Source: Polyangiales bacterium (GTDB lineage Bacteria > Myxococcota_A > Polyangia > Polyangiales > Polyangiaceae). From it: a DNA stretch of 64,000 nucleotides. The notes below the pieces were generated by a model, which saw nothing but the letters and a program-made list of their open reading frames with translations, searched no databases and was not told where the DNA came from. This document shows, piece after piece, positions 50,201 through 59,950 of the stretch. Every line of letters begins with the position of its first letter. Position 1 is the stretch's first letter. The translations under genes and the position numbers were made by a program. The DNA lies in NCBI GenBank assembly GCA_038231275.1, contig JBBRLQ010000001.1, positions 96,001 through 160,000 of the forward strand. Reading direction: 5' to 3'.

Positions 50201-51747
50201 CGCGCGCCGCCGAGCTGTATCTGGAGGCGGCGAACGCGGCGCGCTCGGGGTACCAGACGCAGCTCGCCATCAAGTACTACCAGCGCGCGCTGTCGCTCAT
50301 GGAACACGACGACGGGCAGCGGCTCGTCGCGCACGAGGCGCTCGAGGCGATTTACCGCGTCCTCGGCCGGAGGCGCGAGCGCGTGCAGCACCTCGAGGCG
50401 CTGCGCAAGATCGCCAAGATGCTCGCGACGCCGAAGGCCGCGTGCCTCGCGCTGATCCGGACGGCGCGCTTCGATTTCGACGAGGGCAAGCTCGCGCGCG
50501 GTCTCCCCGTCGCGCGGCGCGCCGCCGAGCTGGCCCACTCCGGACATTTCTTGCACTGGGAGATCGAGGCCGAGGAGCTCGTGAGCGAGCTGCTCCGCGA
50601 GCTGGGCGACGTGCAGGGCGCGCTCGCCGCGTGCGATCGCGCCCTCGCCGCGTGCGATCCGAAGGTGCACCCCAACGTCCTCCCGCGCGCGCGGGCGGAG
50701 GTGCTCCGAAGCCGCGGCGTTCTCCTCCGCCGCGTCGGCCGCGTGCGCGAGGCGGTGGACGCGTACGTCGACGCGATCGCGGTCTTCCGCAAGGCGGGCG
50801 CGCGTCGTCAAGAGGCGCGCGCGAAGACCGCGCTCGGCTACGCGATGTTCGTGCAAGGTCGCTACGAGGACGCGATCGCCCTCGCGCTCGAGACCATCCA
50901 CATCGATCTGTCGATCGGCGGCCGCTTCCAACTCGCCAAGACGCTCTCGAACATCGGGCAAGCGTACTCCCGCATCGGCGACATCCCGCGCGCGCTGGCG
51001 TACCTGAAGCGAGCCCGCGACGCGCACGAGCGGTACGGCGATCAGGACGGCCGCGCCGAGACGCTCATCGTGAGCGCCGAGGTCCTCATCGAGCAGGATC
51101 GCCTCGACGAAGCGGAGGCGTTCCTCAAGGACGCGCAGGCGCTCAACTCGGCGACGAACGCCGCGTACGAGGTCACCCACGCCGCCGTCGCCGCCGCCGC
51201 GCTCGCCCGCGCTCGTCGCGACGCGCGGGCCGCGACGCAGTACGCGATGGAGGCGCGGCGTGCCGCAGAACAGCACGTCCTCGTGGCTTTCCATTTCTAC
51301 GCCATCGCACTGGAGTCGGCGGCGCGCGTGGACCTCGGCGAGATGCACGCGGCGACGCTGATGGCGACGACCGCGCTCGGCACCGTGCAGCAGCTCCAGG
51401 GGTGCGAATACGGCCTGGAAATTCGCGTATTGTGTGCGGACACGTTGAAACGCGCAGCGTCGCCGCAGGCCGCGTTCGCCTGGCAGACCGCCGTGGATTA
51501 CGCGACGGCGCTCACCAACGCCATCCGCGATCCGCGCCTGCGACGCCGCTTCACTGAGCGCCCGATCGTCGCCGGCCTCTTCGAGCGCACGCCGGTGCCG
51601 ATCCACGTCGACCCGGATGGCCGCGCGCCCCTTCCGGAGCTCTCGATGCCGGAGCTGCCGCCCGCGGCGGGCGCCGACGACGACGCGCCGCTCTCCGAGC
51701 CCGAACCCTCCCTCTCGCTCCCCGCATTGCCAGGTGACGGAGAATGA
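47224..51747 (+). CDS. Large Ser/Thr kinase - degenerate cyclase-like - STAND P-loop NTPase - TPR protein (about 1500 aa)
   Basis: Kinase: GAGGMAEV, HRDVSPQN, DFG, YMSPE. NTPase: LVGRDAE, GELGIGKT, VVESMQWAD, GGNPFYL, FRHPL. TPR tail. Start is TTG 47224 or GTG 47218. Confidence 0.9.
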   Translation: MASTPPIPARLAQFEIIRRLGAGGMAEVFLAKKRGAEGTYKVLVVKRILPTYGGSRRFRTMFVEEAQVATRLNHPNVVQVYEFFDGGDEGQLLSMEYVEGPDLGMLMSSAKQKGTRIPAWVAAWIIGEAAKGLHYAHEKKDEGGASLEIVHRDVSPQNVLLSFEGTVKIADFGIASAKLFNEEAGVLKGKFGYMSPEQARGEKVDRRSDLYALGVILWECLTGRPLHGGLGGEALLDIVREGMVEPPSTYGRELPVELEAIVMKALAPKRDERFTTGRELCSAITRSLLLKQELIEASTLEATIAHLVTRENTRPGVSEPPGPGGADLSKALDGRTQAAGPMALSSMEGPGVSLRPSSPPEAPGAEAAEAPAAPGPREVRHVALVTLRLHGLGNVDDKEDLALPKAVQNLRVMLGEMAYKRGMRWIWDSDGEARAVAGLSSNPTRAAGDAAWLALETHEAILGMKEEFPGSVGASIGIVRGIASGTRDTLGNLVRYTLHDPASHLADLLGAATPLERTWVAGGVYRLVRREFHWGDAPTLELTPSPKVKNLPPTMRIYALERSLSRDEKVAQATNAPSDLVGRDAEKGELGAAFHEAVNAGGGGGAVTCRAVVGELGIGKTALVATFLGELPPNARIVRVECSPVRMEVPNSTTAEIVRDAIGTTGDEPFEEVAALIARLGGGAASGDASNPMVARLAELATNRTMGQGDEDDAQSRKKLVVSGVRNLLAAIALERPLALVVESMQWADKPSLELLAELTKVADPLPILVIFVARAEDRVASTLEGKVRIELQGLSSDEQVRLVEARLGVREGVRQVCSELLPRVGGNPFYLLEMVDALLERGALEIQEGSDGDASALVRTDRAESGFLALPHTLEQLLENRLFELPAQERAIVDWLAIAGGPLPVTDLMTLTSAVSSETVMRLCARGLCDRKGESVDFRHPLTRDVAYQALGTNDRRHMHQRLGEHLAQTSLARGLSAAIVARHLARGDGGPRAAELYLEAANAARSGYQTQLAIKYYQRALSLMEHDDGQRLVAHEALEAIYRVLGRRRERVQHLEALRKIAKMLATPKAACLALIRTARFDFDEGKLARGLPVARRAAELAHSGHFLHWEIEAEELVSELLRELGDVQGALAACDRALAACDPKVHPNVLPRARAEVLRSRGVLLRRVGRVREAVDAYVDAIAVFRKAGARRQEARAKTALGYAMFVQGRYEDAIALALETIHIDLSIGGRFQLAKTLSNIGQAYSRIGDIPRALAYLKRARDAHERYGDQDGRAETLIVSAEVLIEQDRLDEAEAFLKDAQALNSATNAAYEVTHAAVAAAALARARRDARAATQYAMEARRAAEQHVLVAFHFYAIALESAARVDLGEMHAATLMATTALGTVQQLQGCEYGLEIRVLCADTLKRAASPQAAFAWQTAVDYATALTNAIRDPRLRRRFTERPIVAGLFERTPVPIHVDPDGRAPLPELSMPELPPAAGADDDAPLSEPEPSLSLPALPGDGE

Positions 51748-53045
51748 TCCCGCAAGCCGCCCCGAGCTCCCCCGGTCGACGACGCCGCATCGCCATGATC
51801 CTGTCGGGAGGCGGCGCACGCGGCGCCTACGAGGTCGGCGTCCTCTGGTACATCTTCGACGAGCTCACCCGCCAGCGCGGCGCGCCGCCGAAGCTCGACA
51901 TCCTGTGCGGCACCAGCGTCGGCGCGATCAACGCGTGCTTCCTCGCTGCGCACCTGGCCGATCCGGTGCTCGGGATGCGGCGCCTCGTCGATCTGTGGAG
52001 CGAGCTCCAGCTCCCCAAGGTGCTCGGCTTTGGATTTCGCCAGGTCGTTTCGATCCCGCGACTCCTCATGGGCGGCGGCGCCGACGGCGCAGGGCTCTTC
52101 GACGTGCGCCCGATGGCCGACCTCGTCCAGCGCGAGATCAGCTGGCGCGCGGTCACGCGCTGCATCCGTCGTCGACAGCTCCGCGCGCTGAGCGTGTCGA
52201 CCACCGAGGTCTCGACGGGGCGCACCGTGGTCTTCATGCAGACGTCGCCGGACACGGTCATCCCCGCGACCGCGCCGCCGCGCACGCTCTTCCGACAGGC
52301 TCACATCGGACCGCACCACGCGCTCGCGAGCGCTGCGATCCCGCTTCTTTTCCCGCCCGTTCGCATCGAGGACGAGCTCTACCTCGACGGCGGGCTGCGC
52401 CAGAACACGCCGATCTCGCCGGCGCTACGCCTCGGCGCGACGCACATCTTCGCCATCGGCAGCTCGCGCGAGGTGAAGGGCGTCGTGTCACGGGAGGGCG
52501 ACGCGCATCACGCGAAGGCGCCCGGCGCGGCGTTCCTGCTCGGCAAGGTCCTGAACGCCTTCCTGCTCGATCACGTCGACGTTGACATCGAGCTGCTCAC
52601 GCGCTTGAACCACGTGCTCGTGGACGGAACGACGGCGTACGGCGACGAGTTCACCTCGTCGATGAGCCACCACGCGAAGAAGCGCGGCGCGCAGGAGTAC
52701 CGCTTCGTCCACAACCTCGCGGTGCGACCCAGCGCGGACATCGGCGAGCTCGCGAGCGCCCACGTGCGGCGCGGGCGCTTCATGGGCGATCCGATCATCA
52801 CCAAGCGCATCTTCCACCTGCTCGACATCGGCATCGGCGACGAAGCCGACCTCGCGAGCTACCTGCTCTTCGATGGCCAATTCTGCCGGCAGCTGATCGA
52901 GATGGGCCGCGCCGACGCGAAGGCACGCAGGGACGAGCTGCTCAAGTTCTTCGGAGATCCGGCGGAGGACGGGGGCGGCCCATCCGACGAGGATCTGAGC
53001 CAGAGCGGTTCGTGGGAACGACGATCGATCCCCTACGGAACCTGA
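51744..53045 (+). CDS. Patatin-like phospholipase
   Basis: LSGGGARGAY, GTSVGA (catalytic Ser), ASAAIP and YLDGG. ATGA overlap with the kinase gene. Confidence 0.92.
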   Translation: MIPQAAPSSPGRRRRIAMILSGGGARGAYEVGVLWYIFDELTRQRGAPPKLDILCGTSVGAINACFLAAHLADPVLGMRRLVDLWSELQLPKVLGFGFRQVVSIPRLLMGGGADGAGLFDVRPMADLVQREISWRAVTRCIRRRQLRALSVSTTEVSTGRTVVFMQTSPDTVIPATAPPRTLFRQAHIGPHHALASAAIPLLFPPVRIEDELYLDGGLRQNTPISPALRLGATHIFAIGSSREVKGVVSREGDAHHAKAPGAAFLLGKVLNAFLLDHVDVDIELLTRLNHVLVDGTTAYGDEFTSSMSHHAKKRGAQEYRFVHNLAVRPSADIGELASAHVRRGRFMGDPIITKRIFHLLDIGIGDEADLASYLLFDGQFCRQLIEMGRADAKARRDELLKFFGDPAEDGGGPSDEDLSQSGSWERRSIPYGT

Positions 53046-53079
53046 CGACAAGATGCAGCATCCAAATCTGCGAACTGTG

Positions 53080-53607
53080 ATGACGCGGACGACGACGCTC
53101 GCGGCGGTTATCGTCGCGCTCGCGGGGTGTGACAAGAACAAGACCTCCGATGCGCCGGCGATCGCGCCTGCGCCGTCGGTCGGCGCCCTGGCGCCCAAGG
53201 CGTCGAGTGCCCTTGCGCCGAAGGTGTTCATCCCGAACGTCGTGGTCGCCGAGACGGGGACGACGAAGGTGCACGTCGCGTGGAAGCTTCCCGCGGGCAC
53301 CGGAGTCAACGACGGCGCGCCGTTCCACGTGCGATGGACGTCGAGCGAAGGGCTCGAGCACGCGCCGGAGGACATGCGCGCGAAGGGCGGCGACGTGGCG
53401 TTGGGCTTCGACGTCGCGGTGACGCCGACGCACGGCTCGCCCAGCGCGCTGCTCGCAGGCGACGTCGACGTGGTCGTGTGCGACGTCGCGACGCACCGCG
53501 TGTGCGTCCCCGTCACCCGTCGCATCGAGATGACGTTCCTCGCCGAAGGCCGGGTCAACGCCGCGGAGGTCAGCGTGCCACTCCCCGAAGCGCGTCCCGC
53601 GACCTAG
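53080..53607 (+). CDS. Lipoprotein with a DsbD N-terminal-like Ig fold and a Cys pair
   Basis: Lipobox LAGC, LPAGTGVNDGAPF and VCDVATHRVCVP. Confidence 0.6.
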   Translation: MTRTTTLAAVIVALAGCDKNKTSDAPAIAPAPSVGALAPKASSALAPKVFIPNVVVAETGTTKVHVAWKLPAGTGVNDGAPFHVRWTSSEGLEHAPEDMRAKGGDVALGFDVAVTPTHGSPSALLAGDVDVVVCDVATHRVCVPVTRRIEMTFLAEGRVNAAEVSVPLPEARPAT

Positions 53608-53632
53608 ACCAGACTATTCTCGTCCGAGACGT

Positions 53633-54163
53633 CTAAAAGGCGTACCCCACGCTCGCTCCGCCCCACGGCAAGAAGCCTTTGGGAGAGCGAAGCAGCGGCG
53701 TAAACCCGGCGCCGAACGTGACGCCGCGGGTCTCGGGGACGTAGCGGTACCCGATGACGCCGCTCGCTGCGATGCCGAGGCCGGTCCCGGGGCCCTCGAA
53801 CTTCGTCCCCGTCGCGTCGGAGCTCGCCGAGAAATAAATGAGGGTGGCGCCGAGGCCGAGCTCGAGCTTGTGGCGCGGCGGGCCGACGTAATACGTGACG
53901 AGGAGCGGCAACGTGGCGAGGAGCAAGTTCCCGCTCCCCTGCGCGTTCGACACCTTGTACGTGATGAAGCTCACGCCCGCGCGGAGGCCGAGCGGGATGC
54001 GATCGAGCATCCGTTGGTAGTTGATGGAGTAGAGGAGGCCGGTGCCGAGGACCTCGAAGAAGAGGGCGTTGGAGGGGACGTGCTCGTCGCGTGGCTCTTC
54101 GGCCTGCGGCGGCGCGGGCGCGACGGCGGGAGCGATGACGGGCGCGGGCTCTGCGGCGTTCAC
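53633..54163 (-). CDS. Probable small outer-membrane beta-barrel protein
   Basis: Alternating amphipathic strands and C-terminal SVGYAF. GTGA overlap. No clear signal peptide. Confidence 0.65.
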   Translation of the reverse strand: MNAAEPAPVIAPAVAPAPPQAEEPRDEHVPSNALFFEVLGTGLLYSINYQRMLDRIPLGLRAGVSFITYKVSNAQGSGNLLLATLPLLVTYYVGPPRHKLELGLGATLIYFSASSDATGTKFEGPGTGLGIAASGVIGYRYVPETRGVTFGAGFTPLLRSPKGFLPWGGASVGYAF

Positions 54164-54654
54164 GGGGGAATGAGCTCCGCCCCCTCCTCGTACCGCGAGC
54201 GATCCGCGCAGGCGCGCGCGACGGCGCTTACGTCGGTCGGGACCGGCGGATCGAACGTCGCGCCGCCCTCGACGCCCCGCGACGCGCCGGCCTCCGCGAT
54301 GAGGTCGGAGACGTCGTAGTACCAATCGTTGACCGTCGAGTGGTCGTCGGTCTTCTTGTCGAGCTTGCAGCCGGCGATCACACGCGCGCGCGGGCACAGG
54401 CCTGTTCCCGCCGTCGCCTGGTGCTTGCCTCGGCAGTCGTCCGCGAATTGGCTCGCCGCGAGCGTCGCGATCGCCTCCTGGCAGAACGCGGAGGCCTGCC
54501 CGCCGTCGGTCACGAAGCGACGATCGCAGTGCGCGTCGGCCGTCGCGCCGCCGAAATCCGCGCCGGTGACCGCGACGCTCGTGATCGCACTGCACGCGAC
54601 GGCGCACGCCACGAGCGACAGCGAAATCGACGCGAGCCACCACGAGACCCTCAC
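54160..54654 (-). CDS. Small Cys-containing lipoprotein
   Basis: Signal peptide ending VACAVAC and 6 further Cys. TATAGT lies 8 nt upstream of the GTG. Confidence 0.7.
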   Translation of the reverse strand: MRVSWWLASISLSLVACAVACSAITSVAVTGADFGGATADAHCDRRFVTDGGQASAFCQEAIATLAASQFADDCRGKHQATAGTGLCPRARVIAGCKLDKKTDDHSTVNDWYYDVSDLIAEAGASRGVEGGATFDPPVPTDVSAVARACADRSRYEEGAELIPP

Positions 54655-54712
54655 CGGGGACGACTATAGTCGGCCGCCGTTGCCGCGCCACCCGGCCGTG
54701 GCGATCGCGGAA

Positions 54713-55000
54713 TCAGCCCGCGACGCCGTGTCCGAGCTTCTTCGGGCCGTCCTGGAAGAGGATCATCACGTTCGTCGCTTCGGTGCCGACGACGATGCCC
54801 TTGCCGAACTTGGGGTGCGAGATGAGCGCGCCCTTCGCGTAGCGATCGCTCATCGCGTACTTGTGGAAGTCCCCGTCGTCCTTCCCGGTGATGTGCTCTT
54901 CCCAGGTGCGCTCCGGCTCCTTCGGCTTGGCGAAGTAATCGTCCTCGACGCCGTCGGTTGCTTTTCCGAACGTCCGCTGCTTCACGCGCTTGATCGACAT
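54713..55000 (-). CDS. Small protein with a stand-alone Tudor-like (HPKFGxG) domain
   Basis: GALISHPKFGKGIVV...ILFQDGPKKL resembles the UvrD/PcrA C-terminal domain. Confidence 0.75.
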   Translation of the reverse strand: MSIKRVKQRTFGKATDGVEDDYFAKPKEPERTWEEHITGKDDGDFHKYAMSDRYAKGALISHPKFGKGIVVGTEATNVMILFQDGPKKLGHGVAG

Positions 55001-55024
55001 GTGCCGCGTCCTATTAGCGCACTT

Positions 55025-55480
55025 TCAGGCGCCACGGAACCGGCGGGGCACGATCGCGTACGTTCCCAGCCCGACGGCGATCGTGACGCCGCTCGCCGAG
55101 ACCGCGCGCATTTCCGCGTGAACGAGGTTTCGCCCGCGGCGGAGCACGGTGCCCGTCGCCACGAGCTCGGGCTCGGCGGTCGCTTCGAGCAGGTTCACTT
55201 TGTACTCGCTGGTCACCACCCAAAGGCCGCCCGTCGTCGTCGCTGCGGCGAAAAAGCCTGCGTTGTCGAGCACCAAGCCGATGATGCCGCCATGCAGCGC
55301 GCCGCCCGAGTGGTGGAGGTACGGCTCGGCGGCGAGCGTGATGCGCGCGGTCCCTTTGGCGGGCAGGTCGAGCTGCTGGCGCACGTGCTTCGTGATCGGC
55401 GCGCCGTGGAACATCGCGCGCAGCGCCTCGAAATAGTCCGCTTCGTCGAGCTCGGGGGGATCGCCGGAGTCTTCGTTCAT
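55025..55480 (-). CDS. PaaI family thioesterase
   Basis: GALHGGIIGLVLD, TSEYKVNLL and VLRRGR. Confidence 0.9.
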   Translation of the reverse strand: MNEDSGDPPELDEADYFEALRAMFHGAPITKHVRQQLDLPAKGTARITLAAEPYLHHSGGALHGGIIGLVLDNAGFFAAATTTGGLWVVTSEYKVNLLEATAEPELVATGTVLRRGRNLVHAEMRAVSASGVTIAVGLGTYAIVPRRFRGA

Positions 55481-55558
55481 CGCGACGAACGATACCGCGC
55501 ATTCAGGACGAAACCTTCGGCCTCTTCGTGCCGATGGGGAGGCGAAAGGAGTCTCACC

Positions 55559-56017
55559 ATGACAAGGTCCAAGACCGAACCCACGAACCACGACGTCCTC
55601 GACGCGGCTAGAGCCGCCCTCGCCAGTGCACACGCGCGCACCAAGGAGGGCACCGCCAAGATCGCTCCCAAGGTGCTGCTGCGCTTCGAGAAGAAGCTGA
55701 GGCTGACCGAGGGGGTGATCGCTCCCTCGGCGCCGGTCACCACGCGGGAAGGCCTCGTCGCCGTCCTCGCGCGCGCCGAGCAAAACGCAACAAAGCGCGC
55801 GCGCACGGCGGAGCAGGACCGGGCGCTCGAAGACCTGCGCGTCGAGCTGAAAAGGCGCGAGGCCGAAGGAAAAGAGGGAGCCGCCAAGGCGCGCGCGCTC
55901 AAAGAGAGCCTCGCCGCCGACACCGCGCGTCTCGTCGCCCTCGCGACGCCGAAGCCGCCGACCAAGGCGCGCGCGCGCGCGACGGAAAAAAAGCCAAAAC
56001 GGAAGGTCGCGAGCTGA
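55559..56017 (+). CDS. Hypothetical basic Lys/Ala/Arg-rich coiled-coil protein
   Basis: AAGGAG RBS, 152 aa, basic C-terminal tail. Confidence 0.65.
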   Translation: MTRSKTEPTNHDVLDAARAALASAHARTKEGTAKIAPKVLLRFEKKLRLTEGVIAPSAPVTTREGLVAVLARAEQNATKRARTAEQDRALEDLRVELKRREAEGKEGAAKARALKESLAADTARLVALATPKPPTKARARATEKKPKRKVAS

Positions 56018-58093
<2,076 letters not shown>

Positions 58094-58115
58094 AGCAGAA
58101 AGCGAGTTGCTCTCG

Positions 58116-59750
58116 TCAGCGTCGCTTCGGCCGCGGGCGCGGCTTGCCGTCGGGGTCGGGGTGCATTTGGGCGAAGTGCGCCTCGATGTCCCCCTCGATC
58201 TTGATGGTGTCCTCGATGCCTGGTGGCGATCGCGGCGCCGCCGGCCGCGCCTTCACGGATTTCGCGGCAGCGCGGAGAAGCTCGGCGTTGCGCGGCATCT
58301 GGCGCGTCTCGTCGTCCCAGGTCTGGTGCGCGATCTCGGTCTGCGCCTCGTCGTCGTACGAGTGGGCTTCCGGAGCGAACGGGACCTCTTCGGAGCCGAG
58401 GACGGCGTGCGTGCCGGAGGTCTCCTCAGCGGGGCTCGACGAGACCTTCGCCGTCGTGTCGCGGCTGTCCTCTTCGTACTTGGCTTCTAGCGAAGGCAAG
58501 CGGTTCAAGGGATCGGACGAGCTGAGGGGCGTTCGCTCGCGAGGCTTGCCGGGCGGCGGAGGAGGGGGAGTCGGCCGCCGCGCGCTGACTGGCGCAGGCG
58601 GTGAGGACGAAGGGGCCGAGTGCGGGCGCGATTGCACCATCGGCGGTGGAGGGGGCGGCGGCTGCGAGCGGCGCGGCGGCGGCGGCGCGCTGGGCTCGTA
58701 GTATCGCGTCCGGAGCGTCGCCAGATCGCGCTGGAACAGGATCGCGCTCGGATACCTCTGCTCGCGGCTCCGCGCCATCGCGCGCTCGATCACGGCGTCG
58801 AACCCCTCGGGCAGCGACGCACGCAGCTCGCGCGCCGGCTTCGGCGTCGCGGTGAGGATCTGGAGGAGGAGCGCGTTGTAGTTGGCGGCGATGAAAGGCC
58901 TTCGCCCGGTGAGCGCCTCGTACAAGATGACGCCGCACGCCCACAGGTCGACGCGCGCGTCGAGGTTGCGATCGCCACGCGCCTGCTCGGGCGACATGTA
59001 GAACGGCGTCCCCATGACCATCCCGGTCCGCGTGAGATCGAGCTCCTCGGCGTCGGGCGCGATCATCTTCGAGACGCCGAAATCGAGGAGCTTCACGAGC
59101 GGCGCGCACCCAGTGCGCTGGGTCAAAAATACATTCTCCGGCTTGATGTCGCGGTGAACGATGCCTTTGTCGTGCGCAGCGACGAGCCCGGAGAGGACCT
59201 GGTTGACGATGTCGATGCAGTCCTCGAACGGCAGGCCGCCTTCGTGGCCGATACGATCGGCGAGCGTGACGCCGACCAGCCGCTCCATGACGAGGAACGG
59301 CGCGCCGTCGTCGAGGGTCCCGAGGTCGTAGACCTCACAAATGTTCGGATGGCCGATTTTGCCGGCCGCGCGCGCCTCTTGGTGGAAGCGCTTCACGGCG
59401 AACGTCTTCTTCGCCTGCTGAGGGTGGAGAATCTTCACGGCGACGGTCCGTCCGAGGGTCAGGTTCTCGGCTTCGAAGACCGTCCCCATTCCGCCTTCGC
59501 CGAGGACGCCGATGAATTTGTATTTGCCGTCTACCGTACGGCCGATCAAGTTGCGGCGATGCGCGCCGCTGCCGGTGGCGGCGGGCCCGCGACCCGAAGG
59601 AGGCGGGGCCGGCGGAGGCGCGGGGCGGGCGGAACCCGGCGGCGTCGCGGAGCGGCCGCGGCTCATCGCCATCCCCGTCGTCGGGCAGACCGTTTCGGTG
59701 ACGGGGTGAGGGAGCCCACAATGGCTGCAGCGGACGAAGCGCTGGCTCAT
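58116..59750 (-). CDS. Ser/Thr protein kinase with an N-terminal zinc-ribbon-like motif and a disordered C-terminus
   Basis: CSHCGLPH...CPTTG, GEGGMG, VAVK, HRDIKPEN, DFG and YMSPE. Confidence 0.93.
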   Translation of the reverse strand: MSQRFVRCSHCGLPHPVTETVCPTTGMAMSRGRSATPPGSARPAPPPAPPPSGRGPAATGSGAHRRNLIGRTVDGKYKFIGVLGEGGMGTVFEAENLTLGRTVAVKILHPQQAKKTFAVKRFHQEARAAGKIGHPNICEVYDLGTLDDGAPFLVMERLVGVTLADRIGHEGGLPFEDCIDIVNQVLSGLVAAHDKGIVHRDIKPENVFLTQRTGCAPLVKLLDFGVSKMIAPDAEELDLTRTGMVMGTPFYMSPEQARGDRNLDARVDLWACGVILYEALTGRRPFIAANYNALLLQILTATPKPARELRASLPEGFDAVIERAMARSREQRYPSAILFQRDLATLRTRYYEPSAPPPPRRSQPPPPPPPMVQSRPHSAPSSSPPAPVSARRPTPPPPPPGKPRERTPLSSSDPLNRLPSLEAKYEEDSRDTTAKVSSSPAEETSGTHAVLGSEEVPFAPEAHSYDDEAQTEIAHQTWDDETRQMPRNAELLRAAAKSVKARPAAPRSPPGIEDTIKIEGDIEAHFAQMHPDPDGKPRPRPKRR

Positions 59751-59950
59751 GGCCCTCTAGGCCTCGAAGGCCTCATCCGCAGCTGCCAAACCCTGTACAC
59801 GTCTCGATCGAGACTAGGCCGTGCTCGTCGCCCTCGCAACGCGGGGTGTCCAGGGACGGCGCGAAAGTGTCCCGGACACCCCCCAGCGCGATCAATGTGC
59901 GGAAATGACTACAGGGTGCGCGCGGCACGGGGAGTGCTGTTGCGGACTGC

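Noticed and set aside
55490-55550. Partial resemblance to a c-di-GMP-I (GEMM) riboswitch (GGACGAAACCTTCGGCCT...GATGG)
   Set aside because: The upstream GGCAAAC-stem-GNRA half of the aptamer is absent. An Infernal scan would settle it.
59776-59946. Calling the rod-like element 6S RNA
   Set aside because: The shape and length are compatible, but I recognise no 6S sequence motifs and the usual zapA/ygfA/rny context is missing. It is kept only as an unassigned structure.
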